A program made the position numbers and the translations under genes. DNA of 64,000 nt from Bugula neritina. Its lineage: Eukaryota; Animalia; Bryozoa. The notes under the pieces are model-generated. The model had not been told where the DNA came from and made no database searches. It saw only the letters and a list, made by a program, of their open reading frames with translations. Of this stretch, positions 11,601 to 23,800 are shown piece after piece. The first letter of the stretch is position 1, and the number at the start of each line of letters is the position of its first letter. The stretch spans positions 1,642,541-1,706,540 of the forward strand of contig OZ037768.1 of assembly GCA_964035545.1 (NCBI GenBank), in the 5' to 3' direction.

Positions 11601-12093
11601 TCAACCCTCCCATACCAGAGGCCTATGCAAGAGAAGCAGCCGAGGCTGCCATATCTCCACCTCAGGCTGACGATAGTCGAGTAGGTATTGCCTGATGCAA
11701 GTGAACTCGATTTTAATCTTGTTTTTAATTAAAGTCTCAGTTTGTGCTGCGCTGTGTCGATATAGTAATTGTTTTTGAAGATTTAGTAAAATGATATATT
11801 GCTATATATTGGAGTATGAAAATCAATGAAATTTCATTAAATTTATGAAACTAATACGCATTTGGACATTACTTATATCTACTTCTAGTGTCATCCACTC
11901 TTGTCATCGTCATTGTCATGTCTAGTCTTTTCTTTAACTCCACTTTCAACAGATGATCACGTATCCATGTTATGTAATATCTCTATTGACATCAATATGT
12001 TATGTTTTGTCATAGGAGTTTATGCTGAAAGTAAGAAAGATGCTGAAGGAAAACCGACATGCCGTATATAAAGAGGACATGTTTGGAAATTGA
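2608..12093 (+). CDS. SFSWAP: Splicing factor SWAP / suppressor of white apricot homolog (DRY_EERY domain, two SURP domains, RS-like C-terminus), ~808 aa
   Basis: Exons 2608-2804, 4064-4224, 4620-4730, 4927-5012, 5506-5667, 6003-6075, 6582-6819, 8356-8532, 8780-8957, 9219-9363, 9494-9622, 9763-9942, 10273-10450, 11215-11442, 11575-11680, 12016-12093. All introns are GT-AG and phase-consistent (2427 nt). Motifs: [14 protein letters not shown]...HLIPWMGD...[20 protein letters not shown]1 [40 protein letters not shown]2 [27 protein letters not shown]...[13 protein letters not shown]-terminal MLKVRKML. Confidence 0.95.
4335..4470. repeat. Polypyrimidine (CT)n/(AT)n microsatellite tract in SFSWAP intron 2
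   Basis: Runs of C, CT and TA directly visible. Confidence 0.8.
5775..5986. repeat. ~21-bp AT-rich minisatellite (TACTATAGAGATATATTATGT, ~10 copies) just upstream of the SFSWAP exon 6 acceptor
   Basis: Tandem copies end ~16 nt before the AG at 6001-6002. Confidence 0.9.
6073..6301. repeat. 28-bp minisatellite (CAAGTAGGTTACCTGACTCCTTACTAGA x8) starting at the SFSWAP exon 6 donor
   Basis: Near-identical copies, each with AA|GTAGGT. GT at 6076 (real), 6104, 6132 ... 6272. Confidence 0.95.
7249..7485. repeat. 19-bp minisatellite (GTATTCCACAGTACACGAT, ~12 copies) in SFSWAP intron 7
   Basis: Tandem copies visible; they explain the overlapping repetitive ORFs at 7184-7665. Confidence 0.92.
8638..8779. 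repeat. 10/20-bp-period minisatellite (ATACTGTAGCACTGTGTGAC) ending at the SFSWAP exon 9 acceptor
   Basis: The final ATACTGTAG (8771-8779) is the acceptor; the same 9-mer recurs upstream in the array. Confidence 0.85.
9942..10144. repeat. 25-bp minisatellite (GGTAAGTAGTACGTGTCATGTGACA x8) starting at the SFSWAP exon 12 donor
   Basis: GT at 9943 (real), 9968, 9993, 10018, 10043, 10068, 10093, 10118 and 10143. Confidence 0.95.
10435..10700. repeat. 26-bp minisatellite (CTGTTAAAGTGACTAGGTAAGTGATG x10) spanning the SFSWAP exon 13/intron junction
   Basis: The first copy is the last 16 nt of the exon plus 10 nt of intron. AG|GTAAGT recurs every 26 nt from 10451 to 10685. Confidence 0.95.
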
Positions 12094-12289
12094 ATTTTGT
12101 TATAAATTTATGAACCATGTAAAATACTTTTTAATGTAAATAGTAATTATATGTAAATACTCCGGAATCAATGTTTATTTGTGATTTTATATCGAAGGTG
12201 CAACTTATTATGTACAAGATTATTTTGTATTATAAATTGGGTTATAAAACCACTGCCATAATTTGAAATTTTGCAGTGCAACTGCTTTT

Positions 12290-12304
12290 AATAAATTCAA
12301 TAAA
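12290..12304 (+). terminator. Probable SFSWAP polyadenylation signals (tandem AATAAA)
   Basis: AATAAA at 12290-12295 and 12299-12304, ~200 nt after the stop codon. Confidence 0.55.
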
Positions 12305-13871
12305 ATTTCATCAATACAGCCACAGTTAGTATGAGCTACTCTTCGGTGAGCTGTGCTTGTCTTATGACACTTGCCAGCTCTGGTAGTGCTTTATTCCTTA
12401 GTCTCTCATAGTTTAAAAGTTCGAAAATTGCATATCACTTCAACATTTAATGTAGAGTGAGATATTTGGATAATTTGTATTTGCTACACCAGAATGTAAA
12501 TTTTATATTAAAGTCACTGAAACCAAGTACCAGAACATTTAAAAGTGATCCAATGTTTATAATCAACACTTTTATTGTATGGATATTTTTGGGTGCTATT
12601 AACTTCGAAATCTGCTTAAAGTAACATAAATGCATCCCACAAATTAAACGAAGCAAGCCTCTTCATAATATTTATCTCACGTGAATTTCTGTTCCTTATG
12701 ACCGTGCCTATAAACTGTAAATTGCTCCAACTCCTTGCTATTAATTCTAAATCTATACATTTTTGTAACCCACTGCTCTCGAAATAATATGGTTTAATGA
12801 AAAATGGGGTTTGAAGCTTTGCCATTCTGCTTGAGATCAACTTAATCCAGCACTTGGTGTGTATGTCACATCATGCTTTGACACCTCCTAAACTTGTCAA
12901 TTACTGCTGAATGACAGTTATTCATTTCGTGGGATCTGAATCATAAGCCCTAAAGATGGTTTGGTACCAGATAATTGTGTTAATTAACATCGACTCCATC
13001 CCCAAGCAGGATCTTGCTAAGACATTATAATTTGGCTGTTCTCGAACAAGTTGAGTCAAAGCAAATATCTGCTGGTAAGTATAGCATTTAATTTTAACAG
13101 TTTTGTTTTGAAAATAGTTAAATTTTACATATATAGTATATTCTATATACTAATACATGTGTTGATATATTATGATATACAACTTAATGTTATTTAGCCA
13201 TTACTTGGACAACTTTTTTATTTTGAAGCTTTTAGTAATAATACCAAATATTAATGTTGAAAGTTTCAAATTTGCTTTAGTTAGAAAAAAAGACTTGAAG
13301 CTAAAATAAGAAATTTTTAGTGAGTTTATTTGATAACAACATTTTATTTTGTATAAACATTAGAAAATTTGTAAAAGTTAATGTATCTATTTGAGATAGT
13401 GAACTATATACATAAGCAATTGTTAAAGCTTCGTTTAGTTAATTATTATATTTCAGCTACCTATGTAATTAGTTAACCAAAGCTCATGGCTGCTGTTTAT
13501 TATCTAGCTATATGCAAAGATGTTGCGATTCCTAGCTGCTTGTATTAAAAATTACCTCTTTTGTAGTGAGCAGCTTTACATTGAATAAAAAACATCATTG
13601 TCTCTCCACCTAACTTTCATATCTACAGTATACACTAACCTATTTCTAGCAAACAACTTAACAAAGGCTGTTAAATGAGGTTTGTGTGATACTAAGTAGT
13701 CTGTTTTAAAAGTACAATATAATAGCTGAGGGCTTAAAAATGACAATGTTTCTCTTACAAATATACTGTTCAAATGTTCAAATGCTTTTTAAGTCAAGTT
13801 GAAAAAGTTTGCATACAATTTTTTCGCGGAAAATGAATAAATAATATATATGTAGTTAAAATTTATTGAAA

Positions 13872-13997
13872 CGCAAAAATAAATATGGTCAATGTAATTT
13901 TCATGAAACGCTTCAACAAACCCTTATATATAAAATATAACATATTTTATATATAAGGGTTTGTTGAAGCGTTTCATTGACCATATTTATTTTTGCG
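13872..13997. repeat. Long near-perfect inverted repeat (hairpin) with a 3-nt loop
   Basis: ATGAAACGCTTCAACAAACCCTTATATATAAAATAT-AAC-exact reverse complement, extended by CGCAAAAATAAATATGGTCA/TGACCATATTTATTTTTGCG with a bulge on the left arm. Confidence 0.9.
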
Positions 13998-15846
13998 ATA
14001 TTATCTTAAACTGCCACTTCTAAACAACATTATTCTAAGTTTACTGCTGTGAAATTTTTACTTTACTATACAAAGCAAAATGCTATTTGCAACTATTTCA
14101 TATAGCACCTGAAGTTTATAACAGGCGAAATGAGAATATTAAAAGTATAATGGCTTGGAGAGAGTATAAACTATATAATACAGACATTAGAGATAATTCA
14201 CTATAAAGTTCATTAGAATGCAGCTCGTAGTACAAGTTGTGACTTGTAATTGAGATTCTGACGTCAATAAGGGGCACAACCTGCAGTGCTCATCTGAAAT
14301 TGCTAATATTATTATTGTGATGCAAGACTTGATGAACTGCTACATGCAACCATACAGATACTATCTTAGCCTTTACAGCTCACATAGTGCACTTAGCTAA
14401 TCATTAACTCTAGCAACATTCCGTAGGTGTTTCACCTCTATTATCTATAAACTATGAATCCAAAATCTGTATGTCATAACCTGAGAGATGGACTATATTT
14501 TAATATTCAATATTATATCATTTTAATGACTTTTTTCCTACGTTATTATTTTAATGCATAGTTATATGAAGATCCACATTAAAATAATGCAAACAAGTGG
14601 CACTGCATTGAAAAAAACTTGGTGGGAGAAATGACTCTAGTTGATTATTATTAGCTTCATCAGTGTCAACACAATGTATCTGATTGCATATGTACTACTT
14701 GCATATTAGCCTACATACTTTATATTGAGATATTTTACATTCCATATGCAGAATGAGGCTAATGTAAATCTTTCACTCCCAGGCTACACAATGTACAGCA
14801 TTGTGTACAGCATGCTGCTATGCTATTGTTAAGCTTTTGTAGTATATTGGAGTTAATTTCTAACTTCAACTCTCTCCTCGGCCATGGGTCTAACTCAGGT
14901 ACAGTGTACTAGAAGCTATGTTTTTGCAAAATTATAAAATTTTAAGTTTGCAAATGCTGGGTTATTGTTGTTATATTATATTTGACAGCAACTTTTGTAC
15001 TGATAGTGATACTCGTTATGATAGTGATATTGATGGTGATACTAATAGTTAAGATTGGGTTTTACTTTTAGTGGTCACTAGGCGAAAGAGACAACGATAA
15101 ACTGTAGCAAACCCTGCTAAGGCATTTTTATGCTAAAATTATAAAATCCAAGCTCAATTTAAGCAAAATAGGTTTAACAATAATTGGGTTTAAATAAAGG
15201 ACTCACATATGGCTGATGTATTTTTCTGAGAGTGTGTAGTGTAATAACTGATGTAGCAGGGAACATTCTGTTGTATAGTTGGCCTTATGTACTATGAGGG
15301 AGGCGGGGAGCTAGAACTAAGAGGCACCCTGTTTGACTATTATTCATAGGCTATACAGCATAGCTAGTTGAGATAGTTTATTAAGGCATGTAACTCGGAA
15401 TATACGTTGGGTAGTATAGTTGTTATGCACTCTATCATAATTAGAAAGGCTGCTACAAGTGCACGAAGCAGGTGCCCCACAGTGCGAACATCATAACTGC
15501 TGAGTAGATTACAAGGAGACAGCGTTGCCTGGGTTAGCAAAATATCATTGAGCTAGTAGTTATTACTTATTTAATAGATAATAATATAATTGTATTACAT
15601 AGATCATAGGAAATTGCTGTTCATTGGCTAGCAGAATATTCTCTCTCCTTAACTATATCATCGACTAAGTTTTGTTTACTAAAGGTCAAATAAAGATGAT
15701 TTGAAGAGGCTATTTGTACACCAATACAAATAGAGCCTAGTTACAAATAAGCTAGCTTATCTCTACCGATTGTGTTCGATACGTAATGCAACTGAATTTT
15801 ACTCCGTTGTGTGACTAATCTCCACAACTGCTGGAACATACTACCT

Positions 15847-15948
15847 ACAACAAGGTGAGTGCTATGTCACATGACAACCTAAGTGTGCTGAGTCACATGA
15901 CAACCTAAGTGTGCTGAGTCACATGACAATGCAAGTGTGCTGTGTCAT
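15847..15948. repeat. 26-bp tandem repeat (~3.5 copies) overlapping a candidate PDE8 5'UTR-exon donor (AAG|GTGAGT, GT at 15855)
   Basis: ACAACAAGGTGAGTGCTATGTCACATG followed by ACAACCTAAGTGTGCTGAGTCACATG x2 and a degenerate copy. Confidence 0.65.
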
Positions 15949-17852
15949 ATAGTCGTGACATGCGTGTCGAGTTTATACACAAAGTGTAGATGGTTTACCT
16001 TATTACAACTCACTCTTATAGCTTACATCAAAATAAGAAGATAGTGGAATACCAGCACTAGTAGTTAATATGCAACTCAAATTTGATTAGACTGCTTTTT
16101 AGAATTGTAGGGAGAATAGAAGTAAATAAACAGTGTTTTCAACAACATTGGGGACGAGAATCACGTTTGGTTATCATTCTTTACTTTTTTGGTATTCATG
16201 CACGTAGTTATTCGAATGTCTCAGTTATGGTAAGAATTTCCATCTCGAGAGAAAGTTTCACACTTTCCAAATGTTGAGGAGTTGCAAGCAGTTATTAGTT
16301 TATACACTGTTTGGATCTTAAGCTTAGATTAGCTTAGAACACGCAGGGTTTATTAGCGCTATGTTACAATTACACATTATATACATTAAAATTGCAATCA
16401 AATTGCAAAACTCAATTACAACAATCAATATTATGCTGATTAACACTGGGGCTGTGGTTCTTCATAGCAACTGTGATTTCAGAGTTGACTCGACAGCATA
16501 AGCTGCATGTCACAGCAGCTATTGACAAAACGGGGCTCTAGCGTGGCTGCACATATATATATGCTTGGCTGTACATATACGTATATGCAGAGTAATTTAT
16601 AGAGGTTAGTTTCTAAAGGTTATATGTCTTGTGGGTACATCTAACCAACTGTCTTTGACACTTGAAGGGCTCACTGGGCACCTCTCAGTTAATTATCATC
16701 ATTTGAATAGTAAACAACATAGGATTTCAGTTGGTATCTACTAGCAACACCACCTACTACTAACCTCGCAGAAATAGCACTAATTGAGGTAGAAATTTAT
16801 GTAATTGTAACAGGCTCGCAGTATAAAAGGTATGCTATTAAAATATTTGGTTTCATTGAGAATCTCCTACTAACAGCTGTATTTTATAACATATAGTAAA
16901 TATTAAGTTAATAAAAACAGCTGATGGAGAGTCAATTAAGAATGGGAAGTGTGTTGAGGATGGGAAGGGCTTTAAGTCAGCATATAGTTTGCTGTTTTAA
17001 TTGGGTAATTGCAGTTGTTGCTTTAATCTAGATATAAAATTATTATAATATAATTTTTTGAACTTTCAAACATAAAATTGGTAAAACCATATCTTCTAAG
17101 TTAGTTGAAGTGTAATGCTAATTATATAGCATATTAGTGGTAATGTAAGGCTGTAGAGATTTTTAGCTATTTGCAAATTTTTAATTAATGAACATTTATA
17201 AATTATCATAATAACTTTTAAATGAATCTCAAATAGTTTTTAGTATTGATTTTATATTTAACACTTGCTTATTCAGATGTTATATGAAGAGAGCATACAT
17301 TATATAATTTTGAATGATAATTCAACCATTTTAATTCAATTCTTGTGGATAGTCCAAAAGCAGAACTATGTCAACTCATTCTGTATTAAACTGGACTAAA
17401 AACATGAGATTGTAAAGTTTATTGTTTATGGATAATTACAGTCTAAGGTGCAACATGAAATACCCATAATGCAGTTACAGCTGCTAGATTGAAAAAAATC
17501 GTAATTTTAGTAGAATTTCGAAAACTACTTTTTCTAAACACCTGATTACCTTTGAATAGAGGCCGCACAGGTGTATAGTATATTGTCTAATTCATAAAGT
17601 TTCAAATTTTTCAAACCTAAACTGGAAAACAATTTGCAAAGTTTGGAGTGAAAGTATTTGACAGTCAGTTTTCAAAGCTCTGCTATTGATGAAGAGTGCA
17701 GCTACTCTTTGAAATAGCGACTCACAGCTATATAAGTTGTGTGACCTTGTGCTGACTTTGTGCTGACCCTGTGCTGACTTTGTGCTGACACTTTGCAGCA
17801 GTAAGTCATCTGTTCACCTGGAGTCAGCAGATTCAGCAGATGGTGTGACAGC

Positions 17853-20800
17853 ATGGGCTGTGCCCCCAGCGCTGTCAACGTCAGCCGAAAGCCAGCATCA
17901 AAAGTGGTGGCACCAGAAGAACTGCAGACAAAAGGAGAAGGTGACCAGTCAGAAGGTGGCAGGGAGCCTTCGGATCTCCAACTTATCAGCAAGGTGGGTT
18001 AATCATTGCAACCTTGATTAAACTTGACTCGCTAAAATAAGCCTTTTAAAACCCCCAAGTAGTTGAATGAGATTATTGCTTACTTTAAAAAGAAAAGTCA
18101 CACCTTTCACACTAAAAGAGTGATGAAGCAAATATATGACTCTTGCTGTCCCATGTACGTCTGCCATCTACAGCTTGTTCTCATACGCTCAAATCCTTCT
18201 AGAAGTTTCTTCAGACTTCCTATGGTTGTTAAAATCTGCAGGTCTCAATACACTAATTAACTTGTACAGATTTTTTGTTACGTCAATAATTAAGTTGTTT
18301 TCTAAAATTTTCCTAATGCAAAGATTCTCATACATATTTCAACTTCATGCAGATGAGCTCTTCCTCTATCAACTGTTTTGTGAGCAGCGTGTGTGCGTAT
18401 AGATGTAACCGTGGATAGACTATATTCTCTCTGAGAGAACTAAGTTTTTATTTTGTAAACTCTGTTTATCATTTGGCTGTAGAGTTGAGTCTGTTCAGTT
18501 TACACTCCCAGTTAAATCAATCAACATTGAAAATTCACGTTCGATTTTAGTTATTGAAATCCGAGTAGAATTGCAAGTAACTAAACTTGTGTATTTCTAG
18601 TTTACAGACTGAAATACACTCTCAAACTCCAATTTAATTCATTCTTGCATCAGGCTAAAAATTTAGACTAAATGCTGGGATTATATAGAAACCTAGACTA
18701 AGTCCTATAGGGTTACAAATATCAAACAAGATTTTGATTGTAAAAGCTCAAATATTAAATAATATCAGTTTGACCAGGTATTGAATGGCAAGACTAATGG
18801 GTCATGCTAATTTGTCTTTTGGCATTTGGTTCTTCTTGGGATAAACATCCGGTATCTTCTGGAAGTTAAAAAGCTGTAACCTGTGCCTTTTCAATATTCA
18901 TTACACTCAAATTAAAATCATCTAAGATTGAAAACTAAGTCATAGGTTAATATTATTTACTTATTATGATAAAATACTGGAAAAACTAGCAGCAGCCTTT
19001 ACATAAATTGTTACCAGAAGTTCCCCTCCCCAACAATCTTTTAGCTAATTGGGATGACCTGCTTTGAGACATCAAATGCTGCGGTATTTATCAAAGGATA
19101 TTTGCAACCATGAAATGACAATAGAATAAAAAATATACGCAATTCAGAAAACTTCCAACAAAACTGTAAAGTTGAATTTTGTTAAAACTCATCCATGTTC
19201 TGACGAAAAGAATCAGATGACATCTGATACTAGTGAAGGAATGTAGATTGTAATTAGCAGGGTCATCGTGAACAACACACTAGCTTAAACCCAAGATCAC
19301 ATCTACTTTGTTTGCTAAAATAGTATAAACATATAACTGCATTTATAGAGTTATAAACATTATTGTAGGATAATTTAGCTTTTGGCACAAACTCCTATCT
19401 GCTAAGATAAACCTTTTTATCTTCTATTTATACTTTAGTACTTAAAATTTAAACAAAATAAAATTAAAATGTGAAAATTATTCTAGTTTACTTCTGTCCA
19501 AGGTCAGATAAAGTTAGAGCATAAAGTGTGCATGGTTTATTTTAACATTTCTAGTAAAATATCTGTTTCATTCATTAAGAATGTCTCAAATTATTTAACA
19601 AAACTAACAAAAATAATAATAGCTAGCTAGTAGTATTTACACAAAATTATTATAATAACATTAATAAATTGCTTCAACAGTCTTACATACTCAATCAAAG
19701 AGCCAACAAGAGAGCTGCCTGATTAACCTCTTTGCAAATAGAAGCAGCCTATGAAGTAGTTTAAAGTTTACCAAGACATAATTTTAAACCTACAATGTTG
19801 TTGATCAGTAGAAGCTAATTGACAAGATAACTTGATTAATTTCTTGTGTCACCAACCTCCATATCAATTGATGGCATTGCGTTATCATAATATAAGTAAT
19901 TCAATAAAACAATAGCAGTTGATGGCCCAGGCAGCTCAGCTTGGTTGTGTGATGTCATGTAGATATACCAATGAAGGTATTAAAATCGCACCTGGTCTTT
20001 GCCAGCCTGTCTCTGATCTGGTTTTGCTTTGCATTTTGGTGCTACATTCTGAATGAGTCATTTGATAAAATAGCCTTTTCCTATTTCGTTTGTGTAGGTT
20101 GTATAGCTTGAAGGATAGTTTTTGAATAAACAATTATGTCATCCAGGCAAGTAAATTGCACATTAAAGATCTTAGCTTTAAACACATTCGTTAAGCCACC
20201 GCCTCTCCACTTTATTATTACAATTTTTATGTTTAAGAACCTAGTCTACAGTTCAATTGAGCCATAAGTTCTTTAAGTAAAGGAACCTTGCTTTCAACCT
20301 TAAGGTTATAGTTGGTTAAATTGAATTGCAGCTTTTTTTTAGATAATTTGCTTCATTGTTTACTAATTATGAGTCATATTGCAGTTGATGGGTTTTTTAT
20401 AAAAATATTGTCACACATTTCTGGAGAGATTGCGTTTCAATAATGTGTAACAGATACAGCAACAGCTGTCTGCCCTATCCCGAGACAGCTAGGAATATTC
20501 TGTGAGGCTGCATGTGTGGTCCAGTAATGAAGACAAATATATATAATGCAATAATAATGGGTAGAAAATGATGTGGGATGGTTGCAGTTATTATAACACA
20601 TATTTTATGGTGGTTTTGTTCCAACCTGGGCTGGAGTTATCCGTGGTAAAGTCATCTATCTGAAATACACTTTCAAATATTTAATTGAATAAAAATAAAA
20701 GATACTTATTAAAATGTAATTTAAAAATGAGTTTATTAATTAATTGGCTATAACTGATATTATTTTTAGGAGTTATCTCTTTGCAACAAATCTTGCCTTA

Positions 20801-23800
20801 ATTATGCTATTAAAAAGCTAGAGTATATTATAATATGAGGAATTAACTTTCTTCAAGGGATGAGGTAGATTCTAATCTCTTTCTGATGTTGTTACTCTAT
20901 TTCTGGCTCACGTGACATTCTTTTATGTAGTATTGGATACAATACACAAATCGAGCTCACTGAAGGTTTGTGTTACTACGACACACATCATTAGATAGCT
21001 ACAATACCTGTGTACTTTCAAGTCTGTTGTTTTCGCCTGTCTACTAAAGAAATATGTGTGTTATTTGTCCGCTTTCTCTGAATGTGATGATGTAATTAGT
21101 AAACTCAGTTTCCTGTGGTTCATAATTAAACGAGAATTACTGAAAACCTTGAAATGAAGTTGTAAAAATTGACCCGAGATAACATCAGTACGCTTGTTGT
21201 ATTTGGCTGCGCGCCATAGGTGGTTATCTGTTATCTAATAGCGCAGTGAATGTAGTAGCATATAAAGCACAAGTACGTAGCTAGATGTATGCTTTAAGAT
21301 CAGACATCTTGACTACCTATTGTGCTATCTTCATAGTAACACTGCAAGTTATCAATACATCACAACTCTTTTAGCCTATGCCGTAATTGCAGTCTTTTAT
21401 TCACTATTGATACACGTGCACAATACATGTGGATGCAGGCGCTGCTAGTAGTAGTGTTCAACTGGATATTTTCGTTAGCCCCTTGTGCTTTTCCTTGGTG
21501 CTGGAAAACTTATACGTCTGCATAGTATCCTCATCCCTACGTTGCTATAAATCAAGCAGTTTTGATTTGGATTACATTGGAATCAACACAACCCAAAGTG
21601 TGACAGTTTCTGCAGTTTTAAGGCAGCTCTTTTCTCCTCCTCTTTACTTGTTCACTGCTGTCAATGGAGTAGCAGTATAAAGACTGCAATGCAAACACCT
21701 GGTTTGTACGATCATTAATTGAAGTTGACTCATTACGCGAGTTCACCTGAATGATTTTCACTCAAGGTATGAATTCTTTGATGATGGGCACCTCATCATC
21801 ACAGAACAGACGGAACTCTGACTCTCCAGAGCTTATTAACTGTCAGGTGAGACTCCAACCAACCATGTCAGGCCTGTCTCTCTGTGGCCCTTTTTGTACC
21901 CAAGTTGCTCATAATAGCTCTCTAGATTATGTAATTCAAGCTCTCTCATTTTGTTCATTAGTCCTAGTTTTTGCTAGTTTGCACTGAAATCTCTTTAATT
22001 TTATGCTACATTTATGAGTTAGGTTTGCAGAGCCAATCACTGAAACTACTAATGGGGTTATTTTTTGAAGCTGTTAACATTACACATCTACTCCTGTTGC
22101 ATAGGTTTTTAGTTGTGTCTAACCACTTTTTGTGTAAAGCTCCAAAGCTTTTGGAGGTAAAATGATGGATTTTAGTACTTGGTTTTGGTACTTAAACTTG
22201 GTACTTGGTTTGCATACTGAAGTAGATAAAGGAGGTGAGAAAGGGAGATAAGCTGTCAAAAGTGGCAACCTGCACCTAACTCCTTTGGGAATCCCTTTTC
22301 CTTCTTAGGTACAAAATTATTTAAATTCCTGTATGGGATGTAGGCACTATTTCCTTCCCTATTTTGAAACTAGAACTTGGGCTTTGGAAATGCCTATAAT
22401 TTTACCCTAACTTGAATTTCGATCTGTTTTATTTGGTGAACTGTCATCAGCTGGGTAGGTATAGGAGAACTTGGCTAATCTTTTAGATACGTTGTCATCT
22501 AATATCAAATAATTTATAGCTTAAACCAATTGGTGTATTCAGCGCAGTGCTTCATTGGCCTTGACTACCACCAAGTGCCTAGTTGAAACTTCGCCAAAAA
22601 GTTGCAGTGAAGTGATATCTCAGAACCAGCTTCCTCCCGCCCAGTTGCTGGCTCCTAAACAAGGGGTGACTTGAGTGGTTATTTTGGCTTCTCCTTGCAC
22701 AATCACTAGCTGCAACTCTAACGCTCTCCATGGGCTTTCTTAACCTCCTTTATCATATGTACAGATTATAGCTTATATTATCAAGCTTTGTCCTTTATCA
22801 CTTAAGGTTATGATTCATTGATATTATTACTGAAGCTATAAGTATTCATTTCTTAGGTTTAATTACTTTACGATCACTAAGTTATCAAAGTGGGGTTAGT
22901 AAATCTAGTGTACATAGTAACAACATGCAACTGATTTACAGTAGCCATCTAACAAGACAACCCTACATCATGCCCTATAACATTATGTTCTGGTCAAGCA
23001 ATAGGCCCAACGGAACCAAAAGGCTCAGCTTTTGGACTTTTGCACAAGCAGCCATATACACCCTCTTGAATGTCTACTAACAACAAAACCAACGTAGTTT
23101 TTATTGAGTACTGCATTGAATTCATCAATTCTGAGGCTTTTATTACGCAATTGACTGTCTCCTTTGATTGATTCAAAGATTTTACATGGCTCAATGCATG
23201 TTGATAAGTAGCTAAATCAACTAAGATAATAACACTCAATCTTGGGGCAACTTCCCACTGCTGTGAGAAGCAAGTCTATTGTTGTGATATTGACATAATA
23301 GTCTTACATTAGCTCTTGTATTTATTTGCTGTACCTACGTAGTTATTCCCATGGATAGAAAAGTTACCCAATTATTAAATGTTGGTCAGGCTCTAGATTC
23401 TAGGAGCTGGAATTTCTTGTATAGTATGACTCACATGTGCAGGGCAGGGCTGTTGGTGCTGCCAGAAAATAATCTGGCTAAAATTTCTCTTGTGTCACAG
23501 AAATTCCCTCAAAGTTTAGTCACTTTTGTCTCACTTATTAAATAAAAACCTATACCATAAGAGTTTTTACAGATATTATGAGTATGAATAGACTAGAGTG
23601 CAGAAATAGGATTTAAAAACTTATAAGTACCGCATTAAATTTGGCTAGTGAGAACAGAGTCACCATAAGATTTTTACTGAGCTGCCAACAAATTTTATGC
23701 AGGGACAAAATATGATGCTGCCGGCAAGCATCTGCTATATAGCAATCTTACCCCAGAACCTTTAAACTTTTCAGCACACAAGTTATTTGATACATAATGT

